Positions 63,701 to 64,000 of a stretch of DNA of 64,000 nucleotides are shown here, one piece after another (position 1 is the stretch's first letter; each line of letters begins with the position of its first letter). The notes beneath the pieces were generated by a model that saw only the letters and a list, made by a program, of their open reading frames with translations, made no database searches and was not told the origin of the DNA. The position numbers and the translations under genes were made by a program. Origin of the DNA: Camelus ferus (lineage: Eukaryota); assembly GCF_009834535.1 (NCBI RefSeq), contig NC_045696.1:72294001-72358000 (forward strand), written 5' to 3'.

Positions 63701-64000
63701 GGGGAAGACAGACTTTGAACAGATAGTTGCTAAAATAATTATTCACAATGTGTGCAATGAGAGTATATAGTAGTGGGGACTTTGGTAGATGTCATCAGAT
63801 AACCATGGAATGAACTGCTTTATGATCTGGCAAATTGGTCTCTCATTTAGGATCTCCAGATATATTATCCACTTTGTTGGGTTAGCCAGCTTTCAGTGTG
63901 ATGGAGTGCAAGCATTTTGTTAGGTGATACTTTCTTGAGCACCACCAAGAAAACAAGAAAACTCTTCTAGCCTGCATTCCAGGATTATCTGGGGCCAATT

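Noticed and set aside
1..64000. CRISPR arrays, operons, tRNA/rRNA genes or a CpG-island promoter
   Set aside because: None seen; this is CpG-depleted mammalian DNA with no regularly spaced repeats.

Overview
AT-rich mammalian genomic DNA, most likely from a camelid or other cetartiodactyl: the young L1 3' UTRs are of cetartiodactyl type, and I saw no Alu, B1, Bov-tA, PRE-1, CHR or SINEC SINEs. It is dense in L1, L2, MIR and hAT/MER relics, and I found no intact protein-coding or RNA gene. The main result comes from translating the minus strand by hand through stops and frameshifts. The left ~28.4 kb appears to hold a heavily decayed, multi-exon unitary pseudogene of an ADAMTS-type secreted metalloprotease. 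Its pieces lie in canonical order: signal peptide/prodomain (28440), protease domain with a degenerate zinc motif and Met-turn, central TSR, Cys-rich end and spacer, about 12 or more TSP1 repeats with linkers, and a PLAC-like end (~9070). Linkers and 4-5 CUB-domain remnants then run to the left edge of the window. This architecture matches none of the 19 mammalian ADAMTS proteases. Its coding sequence is split by MIR and L2 insertions, which points to a very old loss. All domain calls are by-eye motif matches and need profile-HMM confirmation. The right ~35 kb is repeat-rich non-coding DNA with a few candidate enhancers.
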